The notes under the pieces are model-generated. The model was not told the origin of the DNA, did no database searches, and worked only from the letters and a program-made list of their open reading frames with translations. The translations under genes and the position numbers were made by a program. Shown piece after piece: positions 27,506 through 41,131 of a stretch of DNA of 64,000 nt; position 1 is the first letter of the stretch, and every line of letters begins with the position of its first letter. The DNA comes from Rhizodiscina lignyota (lineage: Eukaryota): positions 372,001 to 436,000 of the forward strand of contig ML978134.1 in NCBI GenBank assembly GCA_010015805.1, written 5' to 3'.

Positions 27506-30500
27506 TCAGTCATTATGTCTCCGCCCTCTTCTTGGAGACCTCCACCCAATCGCAACAACATCGCTGCTTAAGAAATCATCACCGCCCCCATCATCCACAT
27601 CAATCCTTCCGCCTCCAACCGTGACAGTCAGAAGCGTGTTTGCCAAGGCGATCGCTACACTCCTTTTCCCCAGCTTTTTCACCGGTCCGGGGCTCACCGC
27701 GTATAGCTGTTCATGTTCTCTGTGTCCAAAGCCAACAGGCTGGCAAGTCGTGATAGTCGAAGGGAGAGGTTGAGTATGCAGCTCACTTGACGTCGAGAGC
27801 ATCCATAACTCCCAGTCCTCCAGAGCAGAGTTGTCTACATCTGTTTGTGGCGTAGGAGGTGATTCGACCCGGCTGCTGCGACTTCGCGCGCTGAGGCGAG
27901 CCTGACGACGCGCACGAGCACGGCTGCCGCGTCGAAAGTGCTGGTTCGGCGAGCGGCGATTTGCGTCCGAGGCAGACGATATCGCGATGTCGCCTTCCGC
28001 ATCATTATAGGCGGCCTTCGTTGCTTCGGACTTGCGAATACCAATGACGGCCTCTACGCCAGTGACGTCCCACGTACCTGGGTTTTCGACAATCTGCATC
28101 TGCGGTAAGGCATCGTACAATGTGTTGCAATTCGATTTGCGAGCATCAGGTACCGAGAGGCAAATCAGGGATGTTGCTTCTCGGTCGAGGGTATATTTAC
28201 GCATTACGCAGTCTTCCGTTTCCGCATCGGCATAGACGAGTGCCAAAGAGTGAACAGCTAGTGATCGACAAGACGGGCATTCGCGCCTGATGGAGTGGAG
28301 CACACGCAATGAGCCTTTCCTCATGAGTGGCAGCACAGTTACCTCACCAGCGATGGCGTAAGTAGATGCGTCGTAGAAGCGAACTGTTCGGTTGCCGGCA
28401 GAAGCAAATAGTCCGAGTGAGGGTATGCGGAGGAGAGTCTTGATGACAGGGTTGCGAGTGTTGATTGGTTCGTGAACGAGCTCGTAGAGGTCCTCAGTGA
28501 TCCAATGCCGAGAAGAATCCTTTTGCAGGAGCAGCGCCGACCCAGACTTAGTGGAACAGGCGATACGTAATTGTTGCTTATGATCGGATATGAAACAAGC
28601 ATACGCTATCGAGTCTTCCAGGATCCGCAAAGAGGAAATGGAGACGTGTGCATTGATGGTTATCTCGGCAAGCCATCCGTCAGAAGTCAAAATGACCAAA
28701 GATAGCTCTTCCGACTGGTGCGGGAGAAAGCTGAATAGCGAAGTCGACTGATCTTTCAATGACGTCTCGACAATGTTGCTGAATCGGCGTTGCGCGATGT
28801 TCCAGAGCCCAATCCGGCCATCTTTTGCGAACAGCGCGAGCCACTCAGCGGAGTCGCTAAGAGCAACAGAAACGATTGGCCATAATGGCGCTGCAAGAGA
28901 AGCTGTCCGTATCAGGTGTGTGACGTATGTGACCTTCCTAATGTCAAAGACGTGGACAGCCGCAATGCGATCCGAGCTGATTGTAACGCAATGTCGGCCT
29001 TTGGGAGAGATTTTGATGATGTCATGCTCATGCACTCTACTCAGTCGCCCTACATGTAAAAGCTCCTCTTGCTCATCTTCGTCCTCCTCGTCGATTTCCG
29101 TCAGCTCGTTCCAGAGGAGATAATTCATGAGTATAGTTGTGAGGGCGACGATAACCACAATCGTAAGAGCGAACGGTATAAGGTGCTCGTCCAGGATGTC
29201 ATGAATAAGTAAAACCATCGACTCAGATCTCTCCGGTGCGCCTGATCGATCGGAACCACTCAGAACTACGGCCACTGGCTGGTGTATTCGGGCGAGAAAG
29301 CTTGGTGCTTTCGGCTTGACAAATTGAATCACCTCTTCCGCAGTGTGATGATCCTGCATGCGCAACCATGCCGCAGGAGTTCTTCGTTGATTTATAGGGG
29401 GCAACGATGCAGAGGAAAAGAAGTAGTTCTGTTGCTCCATTCGACCAAATCGTAGGGATCGTAGCATTTGGAGCAAGGTCATGTTGTCGAAAAAGTGCCA
29501 GTTCAGGGCCATTACAAAGCAAACAGAGACTGCAGTGCCTGCGACTCTGGTAGTGATGGGAAGTCGGCCTTGTCTCAAAGCTCTGGTCCAGGTCTGCCTC
29601 TCCGGGCGCAGAGGGCTTTTCGTTCGCTTCGTGGAAATATTAATTCGGTCGAGGGAGTCTTGCAACTCCAGCCGTTGGACATCGACACTAAGAACGGCCA
29701 CGAAAAAGACTAAATGGAATAGAAAATCTACAATAAGTGCAATCGCTGCGAACGCGCAAAATGCAACAACGCTTGGTGCAACTAACTTGGAAAGGAACCA
29801 GAGAAGGAACAAGTTTTGCGCAGCCACGGCAAGAGATAGATGCCCGACATTTCCGAGTGAGTTTGCGATGCGCTGAACAGTCGGCATTGTTGCTGGTGTG
29901 GAGACGACCTCATTCATGAGACGGAACATATTTTCCAGGCCGATTGTTAGGACAACGAAAGGGTATACCTCCCGAGGGATCCGACTAAGATCGATGTTGA
30001 GCAGCCTGCAAATGGTAAAGCTCGCAATGATGGACACTGTTAGTTCTGTGAGGATCGTGATTCCCAAACCGAGGGTGCTTTTGACTGCTCTTGTCTTCCT
30101 TAGACTCCAGATGACGTAAAACGCCATGAGCGTGTAGCACAAGAGCAGGACGACTCCATCATTCCAGCTCATTTGCTTGAATTCGAACTCATAAAGCTGG
30201 CTTCTCCCATATGGCAGATACCATTGTCGCCGCGAGGGAGTTTCACTTGATAGAATCTGGAGCCGTCTATCCCATTCGAGCCCGGCGTCAGAACCTGCTA
30301 GGTCGAAAAGCGTCACCACCAGCGCATCCGCTGCGCTGATATTGTTTTTCACGAATGACTTGCCAGCGAAGACGGACGTTGGCCGGAGCGTCAGGTTCAT
30401 GTAAGACTTTCGATGCGCCTGCTCGTTGATTGTCTTTAGAAGGTCCCGGTCGGACTCGACTAGCTTGCTCGAGCAGTTCCAGTAGATCAGCGGCGAGTGG

Positions 30501-31072
30501 AATCCCCACGTCAATGGATCAGTTGGAACATATCCACACGCCGTGAAGCCATCCGCGAGATCCGCCAGCTCGTCATCAGTCGCTTGCACTTCACTTACCC
30601 CTCGCTGCTTGGGGGTTCCGAAGCCAGTGCGGATGAGAGCATTTTGGATTTCCAGAGCCTCCAGGAGCACATCTTGCTTCACGGCTCCCATATAGTTTCC
30701 ATGGACCCATACCTGGCGCACTTCGACGTCCGGAGTCACCTCCGTCGCGTTCTCGAACAGCCTAGCGGACGCCCACACATGATGGGGTATGCCACTACCA
30801 AAGCCAGCGGCGGGATTCGAGTAGAGGAAGACGCACGGGTAGCAGAGCGAGACAGCGACGGCGACGGAGAATATTATAGAGGCGAGCCAGTGACGCGCGA
30901 CTAGTGTGCCGAGACGGTGGAAGCTCCAGCGGATGGGGTGCTGAGCGCTGAGGACTGGAGGCTCGGTCGTTCTAGATCACGGAATAAGCCCTGAACATGA
31001 ACTGATTTTGCGCATAGGCCTTGGAAGGCCGGCTGCTTACCCGCGAAAAGGATAGAGAAGGTACCAAATCAT
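27506..31072 (-). CDS. SCAP: SREBP cleavage-activating protein (sterol-sensing domain + WD40-like)
   Basis: Start MIWYLLYPFRG|TTEPP, sterol-sensing domain (RAVKSTLGL, PFVVLTIGLENMFRL, FFVAVLSVDVQRLEL), beta-propeller-like C-terminal half. Confidence 0.9.
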
Positions 31073-32025
31073 CAATCATCCGGGGCCGGCCTGGTTACCG
31101 GCTGAGATGGAAATCGTACGAGTTTTGCAGGATCGGCCGCGCCAAACAGCGAGTGCCTGGCAGTGCGGAAACGAGCGTGTGAAGGACATGCCAGGGCGCA
31201 CAGTGGACGAGTAGATGCGCACGCTTGCAGTGACGGGCCGTGTTTCCCATAAGACGAATATAAGAGGGAGAGCAGGTTCGATTACGAAGTGGAAGTGAAA
31301 GCAGGTTCGCTTGTTTTGCGGGAGGCTCATCTCAGCCGCCCAATGGAATCGCGCACAATCGCACAATGATCGGCGGGGGGGATTGGCGCTCCTTGCTCGC
31401 TTAGCACCCGCCAGCAACCACACGACCCCAGCTTTGCCGCCGCCCACCCACCGACCCAATTTTGAGCGGCAAGGCACCGAGCGTGCGGGTACCCCCGGCA
31501 CTTGCCGGGCGCGTCCACCACCACGCATCTCTGCGCTGCTCCTGCGCCGCTCTCGAGTCGACGTTTGAGAAGTGGCATGCGAACGACGCGTGCAGATCGT
31601 GCGATATCCGCTCCCAGCCATATTCCTTCTGACATCTGTCGTACACTCAATGTCACGCAGCGGCGACGTTTCAGCCGCTGATCGAGCGCACGATCGATCT
31701 TATGCGAGATCCACCCGTGCACTGAACGCCGACTTAAGATTTTGACAAATCCCATCGCAAATACGCATTCAACATGGCTGTGCCGCTTGCCGCAGTCAGA
31801 AATCTCAAGTCAGAGAGCTCTGACTTCTGCTGTGTGCGGAAGGTGCGTTCGATTATATGCGGCGTCTCCGTCGACAGCTTGCACGGGCCCACGGAAATTG
31901 ACATATTTGCCAGGGGTACTGAAGTATTCTCTCAACTTTTACTATACGCTGCGCTAACAGCGACCTAAATCGCAATAGCGTGAATTCGATTACATGCGGA
32001 GGTGCATCTGGCAGCACGAAGACCA

Positions 32026-33846
32026 TTACGCAGTCTCCCTAATCTCAGTACCAGCACCGCCCTTGTCAATACTGCCGCCTCTCTCCATATCATCCAAGAC
32101 CAGCTCTGCTCCCTTCTCTTTGTGGTTGCTGCCGCCAAACAGGGTATCAATCTCCTCAAGCTCAATCTGCTTCGTCTCCGGAATGAAGAAGAAGACGAAC
32201 AACGCAAGCAACACATTGATGCCGGCGAAGAAGTAGAACGTGTTCCACGAGCACTTCTTCAGGAACTGCGGGAAGCACTGCTGGAAGATCAGGTTCGCGA
32301 CGTTCTGTGCTTGTGATGCCATGCCGACGGCTTGCGCGCGGACGTTCATGGAGAAGACCTCTGATGTCCAGATCCACACAGTTGCGCCCCAACTTGGCTT
32401 GTCTGAAGCAGAGCTATTAGCATGACGAGCATTTCCTATTTCGAACATAGACGGGAGGACCCACAGAAGAAGCTGAAGAAGAACAGCAAGAAGACGATGG
32501 AGATCCCGACGGGCTGAGTCTTGGCTCCACCAGCACCGGTTGGCGTCGCTGTGCCCACACTGGCGACGATAATCATGCACATGGCCATGCCAACGGCTCC
32601 GACAAACAGCAGCCACTTTCTTCCGAATCTGTCGACAGTCCATGTAGCGTTCATGGTGAATATGATACCGAAGGCCGCGTTCAGCCAGTTAATCAGCGCA
32701 ACCTTGTCTGCAGAGAAGAGCATCTTGTAGACAAGAGTGCTATAACTGTTCAGCGACCCTACGCAAAAGTCAGCATGAATGTGCCCTCATCAGACATGAT
32801 AAAAGTGTGGTGTACCTTGTCCCGTGATTTGCTGGCCGGCATTTATGATGAATGCGAGAAGAAGACGCTTCCTAAGCGAGCGGTCCTTCCACAGCGCAGC
32901 GTACGATCCAGAGATAGCTTCCTTCTCAAACTCGATAGCCTCGCGGATGGCAAGCAGCTCCTCTTCAACATCCTGTTCGTTGTCACGCACCTTGCGCAGG
33001 CTGTTTCTTGCGCTTTCAACGGCACCCTTCTTCTTGATGTACCAACGAGGCGTCTCGGGAATGAAGGCGACTTGCGCGATAATGAGCACAGGCACGAGAA
33101 GTTGGAAGATGATGACCATGCGCCAGTCCCATTCGCCGAGTTTCGGGATATGCTTAGTGCATGCATAGTTGACGGCGTAGGCGATGAAGGATCCAACGGA
33201 GTAGAACATCTGCCAGAACGACATCATTTTACCACGGATTTCGGGAGGAGCCAGCTCTCCAATATACACCGGTCCGGATGCTGTATACGAAAGTCAGTAT
33301 TGCCCTTGGTTTCGCGTTGGAAGAGAGTCTGGAGATGGTAAACGTACTCAAGGCCAAACCTTGGCCAACACCGATAAGAGCACGTCCGCCGAAGAAGACA
33401 CCAATGTGGCCTTTTGGCGCGAAAGTCTGCATGAAAGTTGCAATGATGACGAGGAATGCACCGCTTGCCATGCCTACACGGCGACCAAAATAGTCTCCTA
33501 CGGGCCCACCCATGAACCAGCCGCCAAAGATGGCGCCAACGGTGTACGCCGTTGTACCCGTTGCGGCGAGGTAGGAGTTCTGTCTTACATTAGCGATTTT
33601 CTGAGTTAAAGTTGACGTGTAGTCGTACGGGGTCAATTGGTGTGCCATTCTTTCCAAACCAGGCCAACCAGTTTTTGGATCCCAGGACAGCGTTATACAC
33701 GGAGGCATCGTAACCATAGAGGACCATACAAGACGCCGCAACCAGAGAGATATACCTAGCATTAATTGTGAGCGATTCTTCTTGGCAGTTCACTGATCAG
33801 GCGAAATTCCGTACCAATTGTACGCCCGCTTCGATGACATGCCCAT
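32026..33846 (-). CDS. MFS sugar porter family transporter
   Basis: LYGYDASV, DYFGRR, YIGELAPPEIRG, PETPRW, QQITGQ, DRFGRK, PETKQ..LEEID; about five introns. Confidence 0.93.
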
Positions 33847-35214
33847 GACAGCGGCGTTGCGTCTCGAAAGACGACTTGAATTTGCTTTACAAGATGAAGA
33901 GATTGATTGAAGGCGACTGGTACAAATCTCACAGACTTGAACAGCGAGACGGAAATTGCTCAACCAAAATGACTTTGAAGACAGGGAGATTTCGCTAAGA
34001 GCGATCTTGAGACCCTGAAGAGCGGAGAAGATCTCTTTGAATGAGACTGTAATTATACTCCACATCGCCATATCCCGGCATATCTATCTCCATACCGGGC
34101 CATCAATTGGGAACTACTGCACGCATCCATGCGGAGCTCCAGGCCGAGTCGGCCAATATTCAGGACACGCGACCCAAGCCTATGCTCACAGGGCCACGAA
34201 TCCCAACTCAGTGGCTGTCGCTCGCTTGCAGAAATGCTTGACGGAGCCTACAAGCTTCCCCAGATTGCGCCACATGTTGAAGCAAACGGTCAGCCAGCAA
34301 GGGGAGCCGTTCGATCGCTGCGTTTCATTGGCGCAAGATCCCCAGACGGGCGGTTGAGAGCACGCGAGTATTTGGCTTCTGGTCGTTCCAGAGCGGTTTA
34401 GCGTCGTGGACAATTTGTTGGAAGATATTCCAGCAATCGGAGAGGTTCTCGGTGCAGGGGTCGCTCGTCCAAATTCATACCGAAGGAGACAGCATTGGAA
34501 GACAGTTTCCGATAATCAGGATGTTAAAGTATATATATACTTCGTCTTGAGGTGCCTCGAATGGATGGCCTAAACTAGTGCACAATGCGTGCGAGAGTCC
34601 TAGAGACTGTATTTTGACGAGCGGAAGAGCGTGTAGGAGTGGCGATATTACAGTATGCGTCACTTCTTCTTGAGAGGGCGAGTACTAACGGGGAACCGGA
34701 GCCATACCTTTGCTCGTCGTATCTGATGAAGGGCTTTGAACAGCTTGAGCGGTGTCTTTGAACTTTGAAGGGCATTACTCATGACAGATTCTTACGGCGA
34801 CGCCCTGCATACGGACTTCCACAGAGCGCCGCGTGCTGCACGCAGAGACCCCTATCCTCTGTCAACATGACGCTTGACACGCACAAGGTAGTTGATATCA
34901 TTATGCAGAACTCATCTTGGACATACTGCCTGTGTTCCACGAGTTCTCGTCCTAAGTTTAGAGGAGACTGTTCGCCCAACAAGTCTGTTGAATTTCCTAA
35001 GTCGAAACAGGTGCTTGGAGTGACCTCCGGGGATAGCCGCTCGAGAGCGTTGCTTTCCACATTGGAGGCGCAAAGAACTTTTACCGACCGACACATTACG
35101 TGCTCGTCTGCGAAGTTGTTTATAGCACTTAATCTTTTCCGCCTATTCCTGCGATATCTATCATTTCTTTGTGATATGTAAGGAAATTTTCTTGCTTATG
35201 GTTTGAGCTTCCTG

Positions 35215-35244
35215 AAACCCTAAGGCTAGGGTTCTTAACCCTAA
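35215..35244. repeat. Interstitial telomere-like motifs (AACCCTAA / TAGGGTT / TAACCCTAA)
   Basis: aaaccctaaggctagggttcttaaccctaa in an AT-rich intergenic patch. Confidence 0.7.
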
Positions 35245-35821
35245 TACTTTGGAATTATGAGCAAACCCCTTCAAGTGTTAAAATGCTCCAAATTTTTGAA
35301 TTTAAAGAATAGCGTCGCTATATACATCCATAGTGTACTAATTGAATTGAGGATTATAGATTTTCTTCTTCTGCAGAGACAAGCCGACGTCTGCTCTATT
35401 TCCATCAAGTAACATCGGCCCGATGTATCGGCCTGCGGAAGTCGCCGCCTCCGACGTGATTCGCCATTTGCGGGGGTGGCCATCTCCAGATCAACAACAA
35501 CAACCTCAGACGAACCCTGAACCGAGCTGGAAGAGGCATCTTGCAGCTTCTTATCCTCGTGACAGCTGACAAGACCCCATAAGCAAGCGTCCATCGCGAT
35601 GGACCATTTGCTACAACTACCCGGTCAACTGATAGTTGGAGTGGACTCCTTCGCACTTAAGCCGCGCCGATCCGCGAGAAACCGCGCATATTCACGGAGG
35701 TCAGACGCAATCAGTATGCAAGAGTGCGGAATTGTGCCAGATCCAAAGCACTTCTTAAGCGTGCCATGTCGTTCTTGAGAAGGTAGAGCAGAACTGAATT
35801 CCTTGTTATTCTAATCTCAGT

Positions 35822-37542
35822 ATGGCTGTCATACACCAGTATTCCAGCAGCTCTTTTTCTTGGTTTCATTTGTTAGCTCTCCCTGCTGCGGCGGCAGCTC
35901 TCGCCTTTATCTACGTAAGGCTTCAGCCAAGTGTCGTTAAATAAAGCTGACGTTAATAGTGCATTTTCATTGCCGTCTATCGCCTATTCTTCCATCCATT
36001 GGCAAAGTATCCAGGGCCAGTTGTTGCTAAAGTCACCGCGTGGAGAGATGTGTATCATGCATACCGAGGAGACAAGCATCTTGACTTCCATCAGCTCCAC
36101 CAGAAATATGGGCCAGTCGTCCGGTATGGTCCGAATACGCTTTCCTTCAACCATCCTGCGGCTCTGAAGGCTATCTACGGCCACAAGGCAAATGTCCGCA
36201 AGTCCGACTTTTACCTTTCGTTCCCTGTAGCACCTGGCGTATTCTCAACGCACACGGCGATTGACCGAGCTGCCCATGCCCGCAAACGCCGTGTCATGAG
36301 CCATGCCTTTTCCGAAGCCGCTCTAAAGAGTGTTGAAGACTATGTGCTCGGCCATGTTCGTACATACATTCAACAACTCGCTGGTGGTACTTCTAATGCA
36401 TGGACGGAACCACGAGATGTCGCAACTTGGAGCGCGTATCTTGGTTTCGATGTGATGGGAGATCTCTCCTTCGGCAAGTCGTTCGGTATGCTTGAGGGCG
36501 ACAATCCAGAAGTCAGGAGAGCAACGTACCTGCTCAGCCGCGCCGCAAAGCGACACAATGTGGTAAGTTTACTACTTTCCCAGTTGCCAGTACCGGAAAG
36601 AGATACTGACCACCTCATAAGACTGGCCCGATGCCTTGGCTTCACCAATCTCGCTTTGACCGTCTACTTTTCCGCAAAATCAACCAGGACCGTGATCAGT
36701 ACATGGCTTTCTCTAAGAAGCAAGTCGGCGAGCGCATGAACAGCGATGTATACAACTCTTCCCGTCGCGACTTCTTCTACTATCTTCTCAACGCTAAGGA
36801 CCCCGAATCCGGCCAGGGCTTTGCAAAGGGAGAGCTGTGGGGCGAGAGCAACACTCTCATCATCGCTGGCTCAGATACGACATCCACCACCATCACTTCC
36901 ACAATTTTCTACCTCCTGCACAATCCTATCGCCCTCGCCACCGTCCAGAAAGAGATCCGCGAGAAGTTCGGATCCGTCGAAGACATCCGAGCCGGCCCTG
37001 TTCTCAACTCATGCACTTATCTGCGTGCCTGCATCGACGAGGCCATGAGGATGTCTCCTCCTGTCAGTGCTATTCTGCCCCGCTTTACCCTTGATGGCGG
37101 CCTTGACATTCCGGGACTTGACATCCATATTCCAGCCGGTGTGGGTGTCGGCTGTCCAATCTACGGCCTTCATCACAATACCGACTATGTGCCGGACCCT
37201 TTTACTTATCGTCCTGAACGTTGGATCCTTGGTCAGAGCGCCACGGAGGAGAGCCTAGATGCCTTGCACAGCGTCTTCAATCCATTCAGTATTGGGCCGA
37301 GAGGTTGCATCGGGAAGCCGATGGCTTACTTGGAGCTAACTCTAACATTGGGAAGGTTGCTGTGGGGTTATGAAATGAGGCTTGCGCCCGGCGACCAAGG
37401 CAGGATGGGTGAGGGTAATGCCAAATTGGGGAATGGAAGGGAGAGGGAGAATGAATTTCAGATGTGGGATATATTCGTCAGCGACAAGGAAGGCCCTGTT
37501 GCGCAGTTTATGCCGAGGGAATGGAATTTACTGCATGAATAG
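35822..37542 (+). CDS. Cytochrome P450 monooxygenase
   Basis: N-terminal anchor, HPLAKYPGP, AGSDTT, EAMR (ExxR), PERW, FSIGPRGCIG heme motif; introns 35915-35959 and 36563-36621. Confidence 0.95.
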
Positions 37543-37707
37543 TAATGAAGGCCATACAAAATGAAGGCGTTGTTTTTCATGTTCTGACAATCTGTATAGT
37601 AAAATGCAGCCAAATCTCTGAACCTTCTGAAAAGAATGTGTCCTTCTACAGCACCATCATCTCACTAACCAGCACAAGTTGTTGTAGTGTCCCTTCGGAA
37701 GAAAGAC

Positions 37708-38257
37708 CTAACCAATGGGGCAAGTTATCGTCGTCCCAGGTGCTGCACAGCAAATCTTGAAACTCTTGACCGGTGTGGTCACCTTCATAACATTAAGGCT
37801 CGCGCACACTCCATAATTCTGAGCAGCGGTGGTAAATTGGCTAGACGACAGCTCTGCTCCGTTGTTGTTCGCGTTGCTAGAGGCACTCTGGCAATTCGGA
37901 CCACTCCAACCAAAGACTTGGCAGTTGTATGTGCTAGTGCCTACTGCACTAGCATAAATGCTAATAACATTTTCCGCTAAGTTTGAGGTGCATTGATTGA
38001 TTGTGGGTTTGTATTCAATGATGCCCGCACTGCCGACGGTGTCGCAATCGCTAGTCTTGTAAACGAAAGCGATGAGGCCCAACTGGCAGGTCGGTGCAGC
38101 TCGCGCGAACAGTTCGTTGCGAGGACTGAATGCAATGGGTTCTGCGCTGACTCCATGGAGAATGGCCGCGGTCAGAGCCACGGTTGGCATGAACTGTTCC
38201 CATTTGTGTGAGCATTATATCGAAGATCAGACTAGATGAACATACTTTCAAGAGCAT
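37708..38257 (-). CDS. Small secreted cysteine-rich protein (~165 aa), effector-like
   Basis: 12-nt exon MLLK, intron 38194-38245 (GTATGT..CTCAC..CAG), signal peptide FMPTVALTAAILHGVSA, propeptide ending LFAR, 9 Cys in mature part. Confidence 0.8.
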
Positions 38258-40079
38258 CTTTTGAAGACGGTATGAATTAAAAGCTTGCTGGAAGTGTTGT
38301 GTGATTGGAATTAGAGGATGGCTCTGCTCCTGGAAGTGCAGGTTCATTGTAAGGGGGCCGTGAGAACTACTTATAGACATCTGGAGAGCAACAAATACTT
38401 CCAACAGGAACCGATCGGTCGACTGATGCAGCTAGCAAGTATTCTGGATAAAGAGATCAAGCCAAAATTGGTCCTCCTGTCTCTAATGCAGTGTGCCAGC
38501 TCTCCATGGAACTAAAGCAGTCGATTCCGAGATCTCAGATGTGTTCGGAAGGCCTTGTGCAGTGTGCTCAAACATTCTAGTAGATCTTGTAGGTAATCGT
38601 GGGGTATTTGACAGGTTTGACATCGTCGTTGTTGTTCTCCCCGCTGATGTGCCACAGCATAGCAAGTCGAACGACCGGTTACTCCCGATCTCCGCAACAT
38701 CAGCTTGGGCGAGCTTGACACAACGTCGTCCAAGTCGCACGAGGATTTTGAAGTACAGTATTATCCAATCAGTGAGTGGAACAGTCTTTCATGGTTTCAA
38801 AGCCAGTCAACTTCGTCACGATGTCTCTGGTGGTCTACGCCGACGGTGCAAGTCCTGTGACATAAGGCAACACCTCGTTAGGAGTGTAACGAGGGGGACA
38901 GCGTCCTATCGCCACTGCATCGAGAGCATTTCTTTTGAGTTTTTGTCATCCCTTTGATCTCTTGAATGTGTTCTAGCCTAGAAGCTGATATTGTCCATAT
39001 AACTGAAGATGACGCAGCGTGAGAACTTGAGTTCGACTCCAATAGCTATTCGCTCTCGGCAGCACAGAGGCCCCCAAAGACCACATACTTGTTCTCGCCT
39101 CACGGCTGCGGTATAGCGATCGAAATTGCGGTGAAGTGTTCCGGTCTCGCTGTACAATTTGTTAGCCCATGCAGTGACTCTCTGTACTATCCGATCTCCA
39201 ATCCTACGGAATGTAGAGTGAACACCATCGACATGATTATGAAACTTCAATCTCAGCTGGACACAGCCTTTGCAGCATCATTCTGGATCATTCTAGACCA
39301 TCGCTCTCATGCTGGAAACTTCAAATCCGACTGGTGGCGCAAGTGGCAGTAGAGCAAGCTGAACCGCAGGCTTCCGAAGCGAGGCACATTGCCCTATTCT
39401 CCTTTCAAACGTAGCCCATCAAGCGCAATTTATGAGGCCTAACAACATCGTAGTAGCCTCCTCTTGCTGGAGTGCAACCACACTCGTCTCATCCACCCCG
39501 AAACTCCTCCTCACAACAGCTCAACCAGCTTCGTAGATTGCTTTGCTGAACTGGTACATCGTCCTCCTCTTCCTCCCGCGGAGCTACCACCCTCAATCAC
39601 CAGGTGGCAACGCTGCTGGTAGAAGTGGCATTGATCAAGCTTGTGATGTTGCCGCATTGGAAAGAAGTGTTAGAAGTCCGTTGATTGATGAATGAAGCCT
39701 TCATGTTTCGTCTAAAAGTTGTGTTACTTATCTCAAGGTGAAATACTGGACAGATGCTTTTTGTTGCCGTCGAATCGATTGGTAGCGAAATATTAGACCC
39801 AGAGCATGCAGCGCGCTATGAAAGAGCTAGTTTCTTGTGGGCGTATGAGGTCTGCAACAATCTCCCCTTTTCGTCACATCGAGAAGCAAATCTTCTAAGG
39901 GAGGCTGGGCAAGCTACGCCCTGACAATCTCCAATACAAGCTCACCGATGGAGGAAGCTTGATAGAAATGCCGGGGGAACTTTAATAGCGTAGCTCCGCG
40001 GACTGTTCGCTCACTGGAAGCCAGCTCTTTCGTTACGTAGCAGAGCTGCGCTTTCTCACGGGCGCATGATGTGAGACTT

Positions 40080-40472
40080 CCCACCATAGTGAGCGGCTCA
40101 TTCTGACATCGAAGATCAATCAAGACTCTTTCTGAGATTCCGTCCAACAGGCAACTCATACTGATCTCTAATAGTGATGGCGAACAGAGTGTTCTGACTG
40201 CCCCAAAGATAGCTCAAGGAATCGTATTGGGGACTGTCATCGAGCGTGACAATTTGTAGATTTTCGCGCAGTAGACAACTTCGCTTGCCGGGCGCGAGAT
40301 CCAACAAACATATCTCTTTCTTCGCGTCGTTCAAGGGCTCATGCTGATAGAGGGGCCGAGTGCGAAACTTTCTGAACAAAGTCAAGGGGAGTTCATGTAA
40401 ACGAGTGAATGGTCGAAGTTTGTTGAAGATGGTTGAAGTAAAAGGCCGAGGTTCGTAGTGTCTTGATGTCAT
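40080..40472 (-). pseudogene. Truncated HET-domain (heterokaryon incompatibility HET-6-like) relic
   Basis: YQHEPL..KEICLLDLAPG..YDSLSYLWG..GRNLRKSL then stop/frameshift; the expected WIDAICINQ motif is absent. Confidence 0.75.
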
Positions 40473-41131
40473 TCGGCATCACCGCCCAGCCATGCAAGCC
40501 TCACGGCCTTCGCTGCCTCATCTTTCAACTGAGGATCTAAGTAGGGTGCCTTAAAAAGCTGACTCGTGGCGGTAACGTCGAATCGCGAGTATGTATATAC
40601 TCGTTAGCTATATAGATGCACTGAAGCTGCGCGTTATGGATAAATGCTTTCTGGTGTATATTTAATCAAGCTTTTAGAAATGCTTTCGCTCGCGCTGAAG
40701 AACAAAACTGGTTCTTACTACTCGTTCAGGTAGTTGGGCGCCTGGGCTCAACTATGTGGTCACCCGCTGGAAACCAACTTTAAGCTACCCGCTATCAATC
40801 CGCTTCCATCACCACCACCAATCCATCTAATCGTACATCCAGATCACCACTTCATCCCATTCTAGCAAATACAAGTCTAACAAAGCGCTACTCCAACACG
40901 TTATTACACAATTAAAAATGTGCGTCGAAACGAGTAACAGTTCTCCACATCACGGCATCGCATTTGCATGCGGCGGCAAAAACAAAAAGCCTCCCGGGTT
41001 CCCAAATGCAAAAGTCCAAGGGTAGGAACTCCAAGCTATACGCCAATGCCAAAGGTCGTATCGAATAGACTCCCCTCTCGCTGCTCGCGTGATGAGCAAA
41101 GCGAGTAAGGGAGAAGAATGCATAAGATTTA

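Noticed and set aside
32026..38257. Possible secondary-metabolite cluster (transporter + P450 + secreted protein)
   Set aside because: No PKS, NRPS, terpene synthase or repeat-peptide precursor in the window; the transporter is a sugar porter.
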